Notes: a model not told the origin generated them from the letters alone. A stretch of DNA of 64,000 bases from an uncultured Bacilli bacterium (GCA_934141575.1 CAKPCJ010000001.1:9455-73454), one strand, 5' to 3'. Positions 19,412-29,767 are shown, counted from the first letter of the stretch. Made by a program: numbers and translations.

Positions 19412-19441
19412 TTACAATTATATATTTTAATATGTAAACTC

Positions 19442-19471
19442 TTGACATAGTAATTTAACAAGTGATATTAT
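19442..19471 (+). promoter_or_regulatory. Sigma-A-type promoter for the 19495 gene
   Basis: TTGACA (19442-19447), then an 18-nt spacer, then extended -10 TGaTATTAT (19463-19471). Confidence 0.45.
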
Positions 19472-19494
19472 TATATTAGGAGGTAGGATGAAGG

Positions 19495-20262
19495 ATGGAT
19501 TTAGAACAATTGCTCCACAATTTAGGAATTTCAAAAGTAAAATTGTCAAAATACCTTGGTGTATCTAGACAAATGGTATACAACTATTTAGAAAGTGGCG
19601 ATATTAACAAATGGCCAAAAGATAAGAAAAAAAGGCTATTTGATTTACTGAATATAAAGTCTGTTGAGGAAATGGAAAACATCAAAATAGATAACGATTA
19701 TATAGCCTCTGTGGACAAAAAATTAGATATGGAAAGTAGAAAATTATTTAATGTAGACTCATGTGTAGATCTTAAGGGACTAAAAAAAGAAAAACAAGAA
19801 ATATTAACTGATATAATATATATTTTAAAAGAAAAATTATTAGATGATGACAACGATGATGGACTTAACGTATGCACTTATTTATATCATTTTTTACAAT
19901 CAATGGATAACTCAAAAGAACTTAAATATATATTAGCATATGTATCAAAAACAACAGGTTTTACAGATCCAAACGAATTTAAATTCAATGAAGATCAACA
20001 GTTGATTTTTGAAGGAATTTTATTTTCAGCAATGACATTATATACTAACGGAGGGGCCTCAAAATCTAAAATAGCTGAATCGCATAAAAGATTTGTGCAA
20101 GACATAGAACATAAACGTGAGGAAAAATTGAGCCGTACTCAAGAATTAAATGCTGCTAAAATCCAAGCATTAAAAGAATTAGGATATACACAAATAAGTG
20201 AAAAAAACGCAGCAGAAGTATTGCAAAGAATCGCTGAAATTCAATCTAGAACTGTAATTTAA
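19495..20262 (+). CDS. Helix-turn-helix DNA-binding protein (XRE-like HTH at N-terminus)
   Basis: N-terminal LGISKVKLSKYLGVSRQMVYNYLE HTH. The 255-aa remainder is unassigned. RBS ggaggtagg. Confidence 0.5.
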   Translation: MDLEQLLHNLGISKVKLSKYLGVSRQMVYNYLESGDINKWPKDKKKRLFDLLNIKSVEEMENIKIDNDYIASVDKKLDMESRKLFNVDSCVDLKGLKKEKQEILTDIIYILKEKLLDDDNDDGLNVCTYLYHFLQSMDNSKELKYILAYVSKTTGFTDPNEFKFNEDQQLIFEGILFSAMTLYTNGGASKSKIAESHKRFVQDIEHKREEKLSRTQELNAAKIQALKELGYTQISEKNAAEVLQRIAEIQSRTVI

Positions 20263-20330
20263 TTCAGTTCTTTTATTTTATTATTTGAAGAAGTCAACAT
20301 AAGATATATTATCGGAAGTTCAGTTATTTT

Positions 20331-20816
20331 TTAAAACAGGTTGGTTTTTTCTTTAACCACATAGTTTTCTCTTAAATCATCAGCTATTTTCTTTAATTCT
20401 TCTATGGTTATTGGATTATATCCATTCTGTATTCTATATTCATTTATTATACGTATATTAGCTCGTTTTGAGTTCTCAAACTTCTCAAATCCTGCCAATA
20501 ATAAATCGTACATGAATTCGAGTGTATATTTATCCATACTAATATCTTTTAAAGTCGCTACAAACACTTCGAATTGACTTCGTGATGTACATTCCGTTAG
20601 CCACTTACGTTTATTTGTTATAGATAAGTATATATCTTGTTTAGATAGTTTTAATCGTTCAACTGAACCTAAAAATTGATTCCAAAACTTAGATATTGGC
20701 CATCTAGATTTATCCGAATCATTTGATGGCTCTATAAAGTTTAAATAATTGCTTAATATTGCTTTTGCATAATATCCTAAATCATTTTTATTATTAACAT
20801 CACAGTATAATAACAT
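20331..20816 (-). CDS. Hypothetical protein
   Basis: 161-aa ORF convergent with the HTH gene. No motif recognised. Confidence 0.35.
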   Translation of the reverse strand: MLLYCDVNNKNDLGYYAKAILSNYLNFIEPSNDSDKSRWPISKFWNQFLGSVERLKLSKQDIYLSITNKRKWLTECTSRSQFEVFVATLKDISMDKYTLEFMYDLLLAGFEKFENSKRANIRIINEYRIQNGYNPITIEELKKIADDLRENYVVKEKTNLF

Positions 20817-20924
20817 TAATGAATTAGCTTTATCATGTCTTAACCTTACTTCTACCCTATTCCAAAAATCTAAAGTAGGGGGAAAAATAAAAAAACACCT
20901 ATAATTTAATAAGTGTTTAAAAAT

Positions 20925-22262
20925 TTATTTTAATTTATTAAAACATTCTTTGAAGTGATTACCACGCTCTTCAAAATTTTTATATACACCATAACTAGCA
21001 GCTGCAGGAGATAATAACACTCCACCATTTTTAGTTATTTTATCAGCAATATTAACAGCCTCTTCCATATTGCTAGCTAATATTAATTTTTTAGAATTAG
21101 GTACATTATCTAAATCTTTTTTTATTCTCAACCCAGAATCGGGCAGTAAAATTACATTTTCTATACTTGAATTAGGTATAAAATTAATCAGTTTTTTATA
21201 ATTAATTCCCCTATCCATTCCCCCTATAATAACTGTTTTAATATTATCAATACTTTCGATTGCTTTAATTGTAGCCTCAGGAATAGTAGAAATAGAATCG
21301 TTATAAAACTTATTTCCCGATTTAGATTGTCCTATATATTCCATTCGATGTGGTAATGGATTAAAATCCTCTAAAGCTGAAATGAATTGTACATCGCTCA
21401 AGCCTAATTGCTTAGAAACTACATACGCAAAAAGTATATTTAAATAATTATGATCACCAAGCAATTTAATATTTTTCCCGTTTAAATCGAGTAATTTTCC
21501 ATTATAATGTATAATTTTATCTGCAACATATACTGGGCAATTAAGTAAGGGATTATTAGAAATTTTAATACTTTTAATATGCTCAATTTCACTATACTTT
21601 AAATAATCATTTTCAATATTATATATAAGTAAATCATCTTTATTCATATGTCTGAATATATTTTTCTTACAATTTTGATAGTCAACAAAAGAATCATAAT
21701 GATCTAAGTGTTCTTCATAAATATTAAGTAACAATCCTATTCTAGGAGAAGCATGAACAAACTCTAATTGATGTGAAGATAATTCCAGAATAATAACAGT
21801 ATCTTTATGAATATCATCTATAATATCAAAAACGGGTATTCCAATATTTCCAGCAAGTATTGTATCTATACCACTTTTTTTCAAGACGTGATATATCAAT
21901 GAAGATGTTGTGCTTTTTCCCTTTGTACCAGTAACACCTACAATTTGATTACTATACTCTTCTATAAACAAATCTGTTTGTGAGGAAATTTTATCCAAAA
22001 CAGCGTCATATTTATGATTTTTAACAGGTATACCAGGGCTTTTTAAAATAATATCGTACTCATCAAGTTCATTGATATAATTTTTAGAGCACTTGCAAAC
22101 ATTTTTATCTTCTATTTTAATATTTTCAATATTATCATCCGCTATTGCAATGAGTTGATTTGGTAAATATTTTCTAATATAAGATAAACTGGATTTTCCT
22201 TCCCTTCCAAAACCCAAAATAACAATTTTCTTATCTTTTAATTTATCTATTATCATTTTCAA
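20925..22262 (-). CDS. murD: UDP-N-acetylmuramoyl-L-alanine--glutamate ligase (MurD family; the D- versus L-Glu-adding (MurD2) subtype cannot be decided by eye)
   Basis: 445 aa. N-terminal Rossmann region KKIVILGFGREGKSS, Mur ligase P-loop VGVTGTKGKSTT, and C-terminal Mur ligase domain. A terminator-like hairpin lies at 20890-20920 on the minus strand. Confidence 0.85.
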   Translation of the reverse strand: MKMIIDKLKDKKIVILGFGREGKSSLSYIRKYLPNQLIAIADDNIENIKIEDKNVCKCSKNYINELDEYDIILKSPGIPVKNHKYDAVLDKISSQTDLFIEEYSNQIVGVTGTKGKSTTSSLIYHVLKKSGIDTILAGNIGIPVFDIIDDIHKDTVIILELSSHQLEFVHASPRIGLLLNIYEEHLDHYDSFVDYQNCKKNIFRHMNKDDLLIYNIENDYLKYSEIEHIKSIKISNNPLLNCPVYVADKIIHYNGKLLDLNGKNIKLLGDHNYLNILFAYVVSKQLGLSDVQFISALEDFNPLPHRMEYIGQSKSGNKFYNDSISTIPEATIKAIESIDNIKTVIIGGMDRGINYKKLINFIPNSSIENVILLPDSGLRIKKDLDNVPNSKKLILASNMEEAVNIADKITKNGGVLLSPAAASYGVYKNFEERGNHFKECFNKLK

Positions 22263-23610
22263 TCACCCTATCCTTTAAAAGTTTGATGATTTCATCTGAA
22301 ACATAATTGTTACCATCAAAGTATTCATCAAAATTAATATTACTATTATCAAGTTTCATATATTTTTCTTTATATGTTTGTAGTAAAATTGGTAAATCAT
22401 CTTCTGGGATTTGCTCAATAGCTTTTTTAATAGCAAAATTAATTTCTGATCTAGATCCAACACATTCAAATGATTTTTCGTCCGTTACGCCTATTAGTTT
22501 CTCAAACTCAGGAAGATTTTTAACATCTTCCAACATATTAACGCCAAATATTTCTTTTAGTTTTTGTTGAGATAAAAACGGTGACAAAAGAAGATATATA
22601 AATAAACATTTAGGGCATTCGTGACACCATACATCAGTTTTACTGCCCAAATTACAACTATGGAAAACATTGTGTAAATGCACAAGTTTTGAAAAATATT
22701 TAGCTATCTGATACTCACTTAACGGTCTTAAGACACTAAAATAATTAAAACTAGGTGAAATAAATTGTTTGCAATAATTTCTAAAGTCTGTTTCAAATTC
22801 AAAACTCTTTGAATATTGATGATTTATTTTAGTGTTTTTAACCGTTGGCTCATTGGCACTCGATTCATTAGAAACACATATATTTTTTTTATTTAGAATA
22901 TATGCAGGTAAAAGACTAGAAACAGCCAAAAGCGCTGAAAGAGGTGTATGTCCATTTAAATAACCATTTTTATTTAATTCTATAAGATTAGGATCAATCA
23001 ACCTTTTCATTGAAAATATATCATTTTGAGTATATCCGGATAAAATAACACCCTCAACCCAAGAATCTCTAGGATTTAATATATAACACTTATTGTTAGT
23101 TTTATCGCTACCTAATAAATCAAGAGAAACTAAGCTATCCTTTCCACCGCCAATTAATATCAAATTTCCATTCAAATTATTCAATTCTTGTGATAAAAAA
23201 GGTTTATTGTAAGTTGACTCAATCTCTAAAAAATCATCTATTGTTGTCACTATAGAATTTCTATAAAAGAACTCTCCTAAGCCATTAAAATATAATTTTT
23301 TGTAAAATGTTATCTGATCACTATTTAAATAACCACATTTTACAACTAATTTTGGAGAACACGTTGCTTTAAGATAACTTATTACTTCAACCATTCCTAT
23401 ATTAAACACAATATTGTTAATAATTTCATCCTTAGTATCAAAATTAGAATTTTCTGGCAATTTGAAGCTCCATTTAGGTGAAAACTCCGATAAACCATCT
23501 ATTTTAAAATGATATGATATAATTACCTTATCTTCCTGTTGATCTATATTATAAGATTCATAATAAAATACAGGATATTTTTTTCTATATTCTAAATATT
23601 TTTCTTGCAT
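22243..23610 (-). CDS. PP-loop (SGGxDS-type) ATP pyrophosphatase-like protein with CxxC motif; candidate MurL-like UDP-MurNAc-L-Ala-L-Glu epimerase partner of murD
   Basis: 455 aa. The internal LILIGGGKDSLVSLD PP-loop comes about 150 aa after an unassigned N-terminal domain, and a CHECPKC motif lies downstream. The stop overlaps the murD start by 20 nt on the same strand (translational coupling). Confidence 0.45.
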   Translation of the reverse strand: MQEKYLEYRKKYPVFYYESYNIDQQEDKVIISYHFKIDGLSEFSPKWSFKLPENSNFDTKDEIINNIVFNIGMVEVISYLKATCSPKLVVKCGYLNSDQITFYKKLYFNGLGEFFYRNSIVTTIDDFLEIESTYNKPFLSQELNNLNGNLILIGGGKDSLVSLDLLGSDKTNNKCYILNPRDSWVEGVILSGYTQNDIFSMKRLIDPNLIELNKNGYLNGHTPLSALLAVSSLLPAYILNKKNICVSNESSANEPTVKNTKINHQYSKSFEFETDFRNYCKQFISPSFNYFSVLRPLSEYQIAKYFSKLVHLHNVFHSCNLGSKTDVWCHECPKCLFIYLLLSPFLSQQKLKEIFGVNMLEDVKNLPEFEKLIGVTDEKSFECVGSRSEINFAIKKAIEQIPEDDLPILLQTYKEKYMKLDNSNINFDEYFDGNNYVSDEIIKLLKDRVIENDNR

Positions 23611-23621
23611 AAACCATCACC

Positions 23622-24965
23622 CTATTTCACAATGTATTTATTAACAACTTCCATAACTTCATTCAATTTTTCATCTAATATTTTCCTGCTATTAGCCTCT
23701 AAAACAAGTCTTAAATAAGGCTCAGTATTTGATTTTCTAAGACTTAGCCAAAAATCTTCAAACTCTAATCTAACACCATCAAAATCATACTTAGTAATAA
23801 CATTATATTTTTTAGATAAAATACTTTCTATTTCAGCTATACACCCATCTTTATCATCAACAACAAAATTAAGTTCACCAGTATTTGCATATAAAGTGAT
23901 TTCATCTATCTTTTGAGCAATAGTTTTTCCTTCACTTTGCAACTTCAAAATTATATTTAATAATATTATACATGCCAAAATAGCACTATCACAGTATCCA
24001 AATTCTCTAAAATAGTAATGTCCTGCAAGTTCTCCACCAACGACAGCATCAAGCTCTTTCATTTTTCTTTTTGCAAATGCATGTCCAACTTTCCATATAT
24101 TAGGAATTCCTCCATGTTTTTTTATATCCTCAGTAACAGATTTGCTTGTTCTTACATCGTATAATACGTTTTGATTACCTTCTTGCTCAAGATAATATTC
24201 TGCCAACAATGCTACCATTAAATCAGGAGATATAAATCTACCATTATTATCAATAAATGCAACCCTATCTGCATCTCCATCGAACATAATTCCAAAATCA
24301 AGTTTATTTTTTAAAATTAAATCGATTAATTGAATGTGATTATTAGTATTTAACGGATTAGGTTCATGTCCTGGAAAATGTCCATCCATTGTATCATTTA
24401 TATATAGTGCATTCGGTATCAAATCTTTTATAAATAAATTAGCCATACCATTGGAGCAATCAATTCCTATATTTAATGAACTATAATCAGATAGTTTTTG
24501 CTTTTGAAAAATTAGGTATTCATTACGCTTATCAAATTCAATAACCCTCCCCTTTTCTTTTGATAAAATAATCTCATCATTATTTACCATTTCTTCAAGT
24601 TTATTAAGTCCATTATCATAGCCAACTGGCATAGAAGCCGTAGTAGAAATTTTAAATCCATTATATTCTTTATTATTGTGAGATGCCGTTATTTGAACAG
24701 ACGCATCAAAATTATATACTCTAGTTACATAGTATACATATGGTGTAGTTGCTAATTCCAAATCATATACATCAGCACCAGAATCTATTATGCCTGCAAC
24801 TAAACTATCATGTAATGATTTTCCAGAAAGTCTTATGTCCCTTCCAACTAAAACTTTATTTGTTTTTAGTAATTTAGGTAAAAAATATCCTAATTTATAC
24901 GCTAATGTTTCATCAAAATCCTTTCCATATATTCCTCTTATATCATATGCTTTAAAAATTCCCAT
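23622..24965 (-). CDS. Phosphomannomutase/phosphoglucomutase-family phosphohexomutase
   Basis: N-terminal FKAYDIRGIYG, active-site ITASHN (phosphoserine loop), GDGDADR metal-binding loop. 447 aa. 11 nt upstream of the PP-loop gene. Confidence 0.8.
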   Translation of the reverse strand: MGIFKAYDIRGIYGKDFDETLAYKLGYFLPKLLKTNKVLVGRDIRLSGKSLHDSLVAGIIDSGADVYDLELATTPYVYYVTRVYNFDASVQITASHNNKEYNGFKISTTASMPVGYDNGLNKLEEMVNNDEIILSKEKGRVIEFDKRNEYLIFQKQKLSDYSSLNIGIDCSNGMANLFIKDLIPNALYINDTMDGHFPGHEPNPLNTNNHIQLIDLILKNKLDFGIMFDGDADRVAFIDNNGRFISPDLMVALLAEYYLEQEGNQNVLYDVRTSKSVTEDIKKHGGIPNIWKVGHAFAKRKMKELDAVVGGELAGHYYFREFGYCDSAILACIILLNIILKLQSEGKTIAQKIDEITLYANTGELNFVVDDKDGCIAEIESILSKKYNVITKYDFDGVRLEFEDFWLSLRKSNTEPYLRLVLEANSRKILDEKLNEVMEVVNKYIVK

Positions 24966-24967
24966 TT

Positions 24968-25879
24968 TTATTTTCCTTTCTTTCCCCTTGGATGGTAATT
25001 ATCATAATCTTTTCTCTCTTTATCAAATGCTAAATGTGTATATATACCAGTAGTTGATATATCCTCATGACCTAGAAGCATTTGTACGCTTCTCAAATCA
25101 GCCCCATTATTTATCAAATGAGTTGCAAAAGTATGCCTTAAAGTATGCGGAGTAATATGAGTTTTTATACCCTGCTTGTCTGCAATGGATTGTATTATTT
25201 TAAAGAATCCACTCCTAGACATATTTTTACCATGATTATTTAAAAACAAGTAATAATTTTCAGGCCCCTTTAGCAAGGAAGGACGATATAAATCAATATA
25301 TATCTTCAAGTATTTAATACAATAATCTTCTAATGGTATATACCTATCCTTATTTCCTTTACCAGTACATTTTAGCATTGCTTCATCAAAATCTATACTA
25401 TGTAAAGTTAAAGAAACAAGTTCAGAAACCCTAATGCCAGTAGCGTATAAAAGCTCCAACATTGCTTTGTTTCTATAATCATAAACCGTCTCAAGCTTAA
25501 TATTAAGCAATTTATCTACTTCTTGTTCAGTTAGTACATTTGGTAAATAAATTCTAGGCTTTATAGATTTGATATTTTGCATTGGTGATACACTAATTTC
25601 ATTGTGAAGTTCTAAAAATTTGTAAAATTCTCTCATAACAGTTACTGAATGTGAGATAGAACGCTCATTCAAATTGGCATCAGATAAGTATTTTAAATAT
25701 TTTTCAACATCTTCTCTTGTAATAGAAACAGTATCTTTCTTAGCAAACAACAAAAATTTATGTAAATCATTACAATATGAATTATATGTATTATTGCTGT
25801 AACCTTTTTCTACTTTTAAATGCTGCATATACTCTTTAGCATACTTATCAGTGATTATTTCCTGCCATTTATCATTCAT
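24968..25879 (-). CDS. Tyrosine site-specific recombinase, XerC/XerD family (XerD-like)
   Basis: C-terminal RHTFATHLINNGADLRSVQMLLGHEDISTTGIYTHL with the catalytic R..H..R..Y tetrad. 303 aa. Confidence 0.8.
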   Translation of the reverse strand: MNDKWQEIITDKYAKEYMQHLKVEKGYSNNTYNSYCNDLHKFLLFAKKDTVSITREDVEKYLKYLSDANLNERSISHSVTVMREFYKFLELHNEISVSPMQNIKSIKPRIYLPNVLTEQEVDKLLNIKLETVYDYRNKAMLELLYATGIRVSELVSLTLHSIDFDEAMLKCTGKGNKDRYIPLEDYCIKYLKIYIDLYRPSLLKGPENYYLFLNNHGKNMSRSGFFKIIQSIADKQGIKTHITPHTLRHTFATHLINNGADLRSVQMLLGHEDISTTGIYTHLAFDKERKDYDNYHPRGKKGK

Positions 25880-25955
25880 ACTATCACCTATTTAATTATA
25901 ACGTAAATATTCAAATTTATCAATTTATATGTTAAAATTAAATAGGTGATTAACT

Positions 25956-27164
25956 ATGGAAACCTTAGCAGTTAAAATGAGGCCTAAATCATTAAATGAT
26001 ATAATTGGTCAAAGGCACCTTATTGGTGAAAACAAAGTATTAACAAATTTAGTTAAAAATAAACATTTAGTATCCATGATATTATATGGTAAACCAGGGA
26101 TTGGAAAAACTAGCATAGCACTGGCTCTCGCCAACGATATAGGATTAAAATATAGAATACTAAATGCAACAATTAATAATAAAAAAGATTTTGACATAGT
26201 CGTTGCCGAAGCTAAAATGTATGATGGAATTATTTTAATAATGGATGAAATACATAGGTTAAATAAGGACAAACAAGATTTGCTCTTACCACATATAGAA
26301 AGCGGCTTAATAACGTTAATAGGTATGACTACAGCAAATCCATTTCATTCAATAAACCCAGCAATAAGAAGCAGATGCCAAATATTCGAACTAAAATTAT
26401 TAGATACACAAGACATAGAACAAGCACTTAATAAAGCATGCACAGTTTTAGAAAATATTGATATAGATGAAAATGCTATTAAATACATTGCAAAGTTATC
26501 AAGTGGTGATTTAAGAGCAGCATATAGTTTATTAGAAGTGAGTTACTATACATCAGATAAAAAAATAACTTTAGAAACAGTAAAAAGCATAAATAACAAG
26601 CCAGTACATTTTGAAGATAAAGATGGAGACAATTATTATAATATACTAAGTGGTTTTCAAAAATCAATAAGGGGTAGCGATCCAGACGCAGCACTTCATT
26701 ATTTAGGAAGATTAATACTAGCAGATGATTTCGATAGTATTTTTAGAAGAATGACGGTAATAGCATACGAAGATATTGGTTTAGCTAATCCTAGTATGGG
26801 GCCAAAAGTAATGGCTGCAATTAATGCATGTGAAAGGTTAGGAATGCCAGAAGCAAAAATAATTTTAGCAAACATAGTTATTGAACTAGCGCTTTCCCCT
26901 AAATCTAATTCAGCCTACCTTGCCATAGATAAAGCAATAGCTGACATAGAAAACGGAAATATAGGTGATATGCCTAGCTATTTAAAAGATCCATATATTG
27001 GATATAAATATCCACACGATTATAAATATGGATATGTTGAACAGCAGTACTTGCCAGAAAATTTAAAAAGTAGAAAATACTATATACCAAAGCTTACAAA
27101 CAAATATGAACAAAGTTTAAAACTTTACAACGATAGAATTAAAAGTGCAAAAAAAGAGCAATAA
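25956..27164 (+). CDS. rarA: Replication-associated recombination protein A (AAA+ ATPase RarA/MgsA)
   Basis: GQRHLIG, Walker A YGKPGIGKTSIA, Walker B IILIMDEIHR, and a C-terminal MgsA domain. 402 aa. Confidence 0.85.
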   Translation: METLAVKMRPKSLNDIIGQRHLIGENKVLTNLVKNKHLVSMILYGKPGIGKTSIALALANDIGLKYRILNATINNKKDFDIVVAEAKMYDGIILIMDEIHRLNKDKQDLLLPHIESGLITLIGMTTANPFHSINPAIRSRCQIFELKLLDTQDIEQALNKACTVLENIDIDENAIKYIAKLSSGDLRAAYSLLEVSYYTSDKKITLETVKSINNKPVHFEDKDGDNYYNILSGFQKSIRGSDPDAALHYLGRLILADDFDSIFRRMTVIAYEDIGLANPSMGPKVMAAINACERLGMPEAKIILANIVIELALSPKSNSAYLAIDKAIADIENGNIGDMPSYLKDPYIGYKYPHDYKYGYVEQQYLPENLKSRKYYIPKLTNKYEQSLKLYNDRIKSAKKEQ

Positions 27165-27171
27165 GCTCTTT

Positions 27172-27906
27172 TTAATTTATTTTTTCCAATATTCCTAGCA
27201 ATTTATTGCTCTTTAAGTATATACCTGTATATAATTCATAATACTCATCTATAAATTGCGCTATCTCCAATAAAATAGTATCTGAAACATCAAATTTAGA
27301 AATATTTGATATATCCAAGTAATTAAAAGCTCTAATAAGTTTAATTGCGCTTTCACTTATAATCTTTTCATTATTGTAACAATTTTTGCAAATATATCCA
27401 CCACTAGAACAAGATAAAGTTATTATGTCTTTTTTAGAACCGCAAACACTACAAGAATCTAGATTCAATTCAACCCCTAAAAAAGGCAACATTCTAAGTT
27501 TAAATATATCAGTCATGCCAAGACCAGTAAAACCTTCATTAATCTTCATCATAGTAGTTTTATATATATCATATATCTTTTCATTAACATCTGTTTTGCA
27601 TATTTGATTGACAAGTTCAGAAATAATAGAAGCATATGTTATTTTTTCTATATCCCGTTTTATATTTTTAAAGTAATCTATAACATCTACCGATATCAAA
27701 GTAGAGATTTTATTTTTTTTATATTGCAAGTTAAATACTCCAAACGTAAATTTATTAACCTTATTAAAAAATGGACTTTTTATTTTTTTTGCACCCTTAG
27801 TCATCAAAGAAATAATTCCGTATTTTTTAGTAAAGACGTTAATTATTTTACTAGTTTCGCCATAATTTTGTTCATTAATAATAAAACCCTCTACTTCTTC
27901 TATCAT
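27172..27906 (-). CDS. recO: DNA repair protein RecO
   Basis: 244 aa. OB-fold N-terminus, C-terminal zinc motif CSVCGSKK...CKNC. Conserved position downstream of era. Confidence 0.8.
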   Translation of the reverse strand: MIEEVEGFIINEQNYGETSKIINVFTKKYGIISLMTKGAKKIKSPFFNKVNKFTFGVFNLQYKKNKISTLISVDVIDYFKNIKRDIEKITYASIISELVNQICKTDVNEKIYDIYKTTMMKINEGFTGLGMTDIFKLRMLPFLGVELNLDSCSVCGSKKDIITLSCSSGGYICKNCYNNEKIISESAIKLIRAFNYLDISNISKFDVSDTILLEIAQFIDEYYELYTGIYLKSNKLLGILEKIN

Positions 27907-28049
27907 ACTTTATATTACTTTTCCTTCCCTATAGCCTTATACTTTAAATAATATTCAATCTTGCCTGTATTTTTAAATAATAACCATAGTATTTCTTTGT
28001 CCATAAAAATCATCCTCTCTATATATTATATGTGATGATTTTTATTTTT

Positions 28050-28934
28050 TTATTCAAAATCAGTAAAACCTAATTCTTGTAAATATTTTTCCCTATCTCG
28101 CCAATTTTTAATAGTCTTAACAAATAACTCCAAATAGATCTGTTTATCATACATTTTTTCTATATCTTTTCTTGCTTGCATACCTATTTGTTTAATCATA
28201 GAACCTTGCTTACCAATTATAATTTTTTTTAATGAATCTCTATCTACTATAATACATGCATTTATGCAAATAACATTTTGTTTTTCCTCAAATTTTTCTA
28301 CAATACAAGTAGTTGAATGTGGAACTTCCTCATCTGTAAGATTCAAAACTTTTTCCCTGATAATTTCACTTATTACAAAACTTGGAGGTGTATTTGTATA
28401 AGTTTCTTTATCGTAATACTGTATATTATCAGGCAAATATTTTTCTAATACTTCTAAAAGTCTTGAAACATTATCATTTTTAAGAGCCGAAAGAGGAACA
28501 ATCTCCTTAAAATTATATAAATCTTTATATTCACATATTTTAACTAAAATTTCATCTTTAGTAAGCTTATCTATTTTATTAAGCACAAGAATAACAGGTT
28601 TGTCTGTATCTTTTAACCTATCAATAACAAACTTGTCCCCTGACCCTAATTTCTCACTAGCATCAACCAAAAATAATATAATATCAAGATCATCTATCGA
28701 ATAATAGGCCATTCTATTTAAATATTTACCAAGTTTTTGTTTTGGCTTGTGTATACCAGGAGTATCAACAAAAACTATCTGTACATTTTCATTAGTATAA
28801 ATACCCTGAATATTATTTCTTGTCGTTTGGGCTTTATCAGAAGTTATAGCAAGTTTTTTGCCAATTATACTATTAAGAAGAGTACTTTTTCCAACATTTG
28901 GTCTACCAATTATACTAACAAATCCAGATTTCAT
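28050..28934 (-). CDS. era: GTPase Era
   Basis: GFVSIIGRPNVGKSTLLN G1 motif, DTPG, NKID, and a C-terminal KH domain. 294 aa. Confidence 0.9.
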   Translation of the reverse strand: MKSGFVSIIGRPNVGKSTLLNSIIGKKLAITSDKAQTTRNNIQGIYTNENVQIVFVDTPGIHKPKQKLGKYLNRMAYYSIDDLDIILFLVDASEKLGSGDKFVIDRLKDTDKPVILVLNKIDKLTKDEILVKICEYKDLYNFKEIVPLSALKNDNVSRLLEVLEKYLPDNIQYYDKETYTNTPPSFVISEIIREKVLNLTDEEVPHSTTCIVEKFEEKQNVICINACIIVDRDSLKKIIIGKQGSMIKQIGMQARKDIEKMYDKQIYLELFVKTIKNWRDREKYLQELGFTDFE

Positions 28935-28944
28935 AACTTCCTCC

Positions 28945-29343
28945 TTATAGTAAAGCTAAAATTTTTGGTAAAAATATATATATACCACCGACAACAGCGA
29001 TAATTGCCAAAACAAACACACTAGCAGATGCTGTGTCTTTTGCTATTTTAGCTTTTACATTAAATTCTTTACACATTAAATCGATTGTAGTTTCAATAGC
29101 AGTATTCATAAGTTCAGTAGATAGAATTAAGCCAATTATAATAAATAAAAATAACCATTCATATCTTTCAAGTTTCAATAATAATCCTAAAATTATTACC
29201 AAAATTGTCATACATACATGTATAAACAAACTTTGCTCATTTCTATACGCATATACTAATCCTTCAAATGAATACTTAAAACTATTAATAAATCTCTTAA
29301 AACCCCTAGGTTTAATTACTTTGTCTTGTGATTTTAGCTTCAT
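28945..29343 (-). CDS. dgkA: Diacylglycerol kinase / undecaprenol kinase (DgkA family)
   Basis: 132-aa small membrane protein. YRNEQSLFIH motif. Position between ybeY and era as in Bacillus. Confidence 0.7.
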   Translation of the reverse strand: MKLKSQDKVIKPRGFKRFINSFKYSFEGLVYAYRNEQSLFIHVCMTILVIILGLLLKLERYEWLFLFIIIGLILSTELMNTAIETTIDLMCKEFNVKAKIAKDTASASVFVLAIIAVVGGIYIFLPKILALL

Positions 29344-29767
29344 TTAAAATCTCCTCCTGTTTTGCAAACATAACTTTCTCATCTTCCTTAGTCATATGAT
29401 CATATTTTAGCAAGTGAAGAAAACCATGAACAGCTAAAAAACATATTTCTCTTTCCAATGAATGACCATAATCTTTGCTTTGCTCAACAGCTTTATCAAG
29501 GGATATATATATATCACCAAGTACTCTATATTTATATGTAATCGCTTTATCATCGTCTTCCAAAGCAAATGTAATAACATCAGTTGGTCTATCTATATTC
29601 CTATAATTTTTGTTAAGATAATGTATGTATTCATTATCTACAATAATTATATTAAATATTCCATCTTTTAATTTTTCATATTTCACTGCACAATTAATTG
29701 CCTTTTTAATAGATTTTATTTCTTTTATATCAGAATCAGTCTGATTAAAAATTTCATACTTTACCAT
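29312..29767 (-). CDS. ybeY: Endoribonuclease YbeY (rRNA maturation factor)
   Basis: HGFLHLLKYDH zinc-binding H-x3-H-x5-H motif. 151 aa. Overlaps dgkA by 32 nt. Confidence 0.85.
   Translation of the reverse strand: MVKYEIFNQTDSDIKEIKSIKKAINCAVKYEKLKDGIFNIIIVDNEYIHYLNKNYRNIDRPTDVITFALEDDDKAITYKYRVLGDIYISLDKAVEQSKDYGHSLEREICFLAVHGFLHLLKYDHMTKEDEKVMFAKQEEILNEAKITRQSN

Noticed and set aside
24968-25879. Tyrosine recombinases (also 42752..43675) considered as integrases marking mobile elements
   Set aside because: Both carry the Xer-type RHTFATHL...LGH...STT.IYTH signature and sit in conserved housekeeping contexts (next to rarA, and next to mutL/ppdK). No flanking phage, transposase or conjugation genes, nor att-like direct repeats, were seen. 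A mobile-element origin is not supported.
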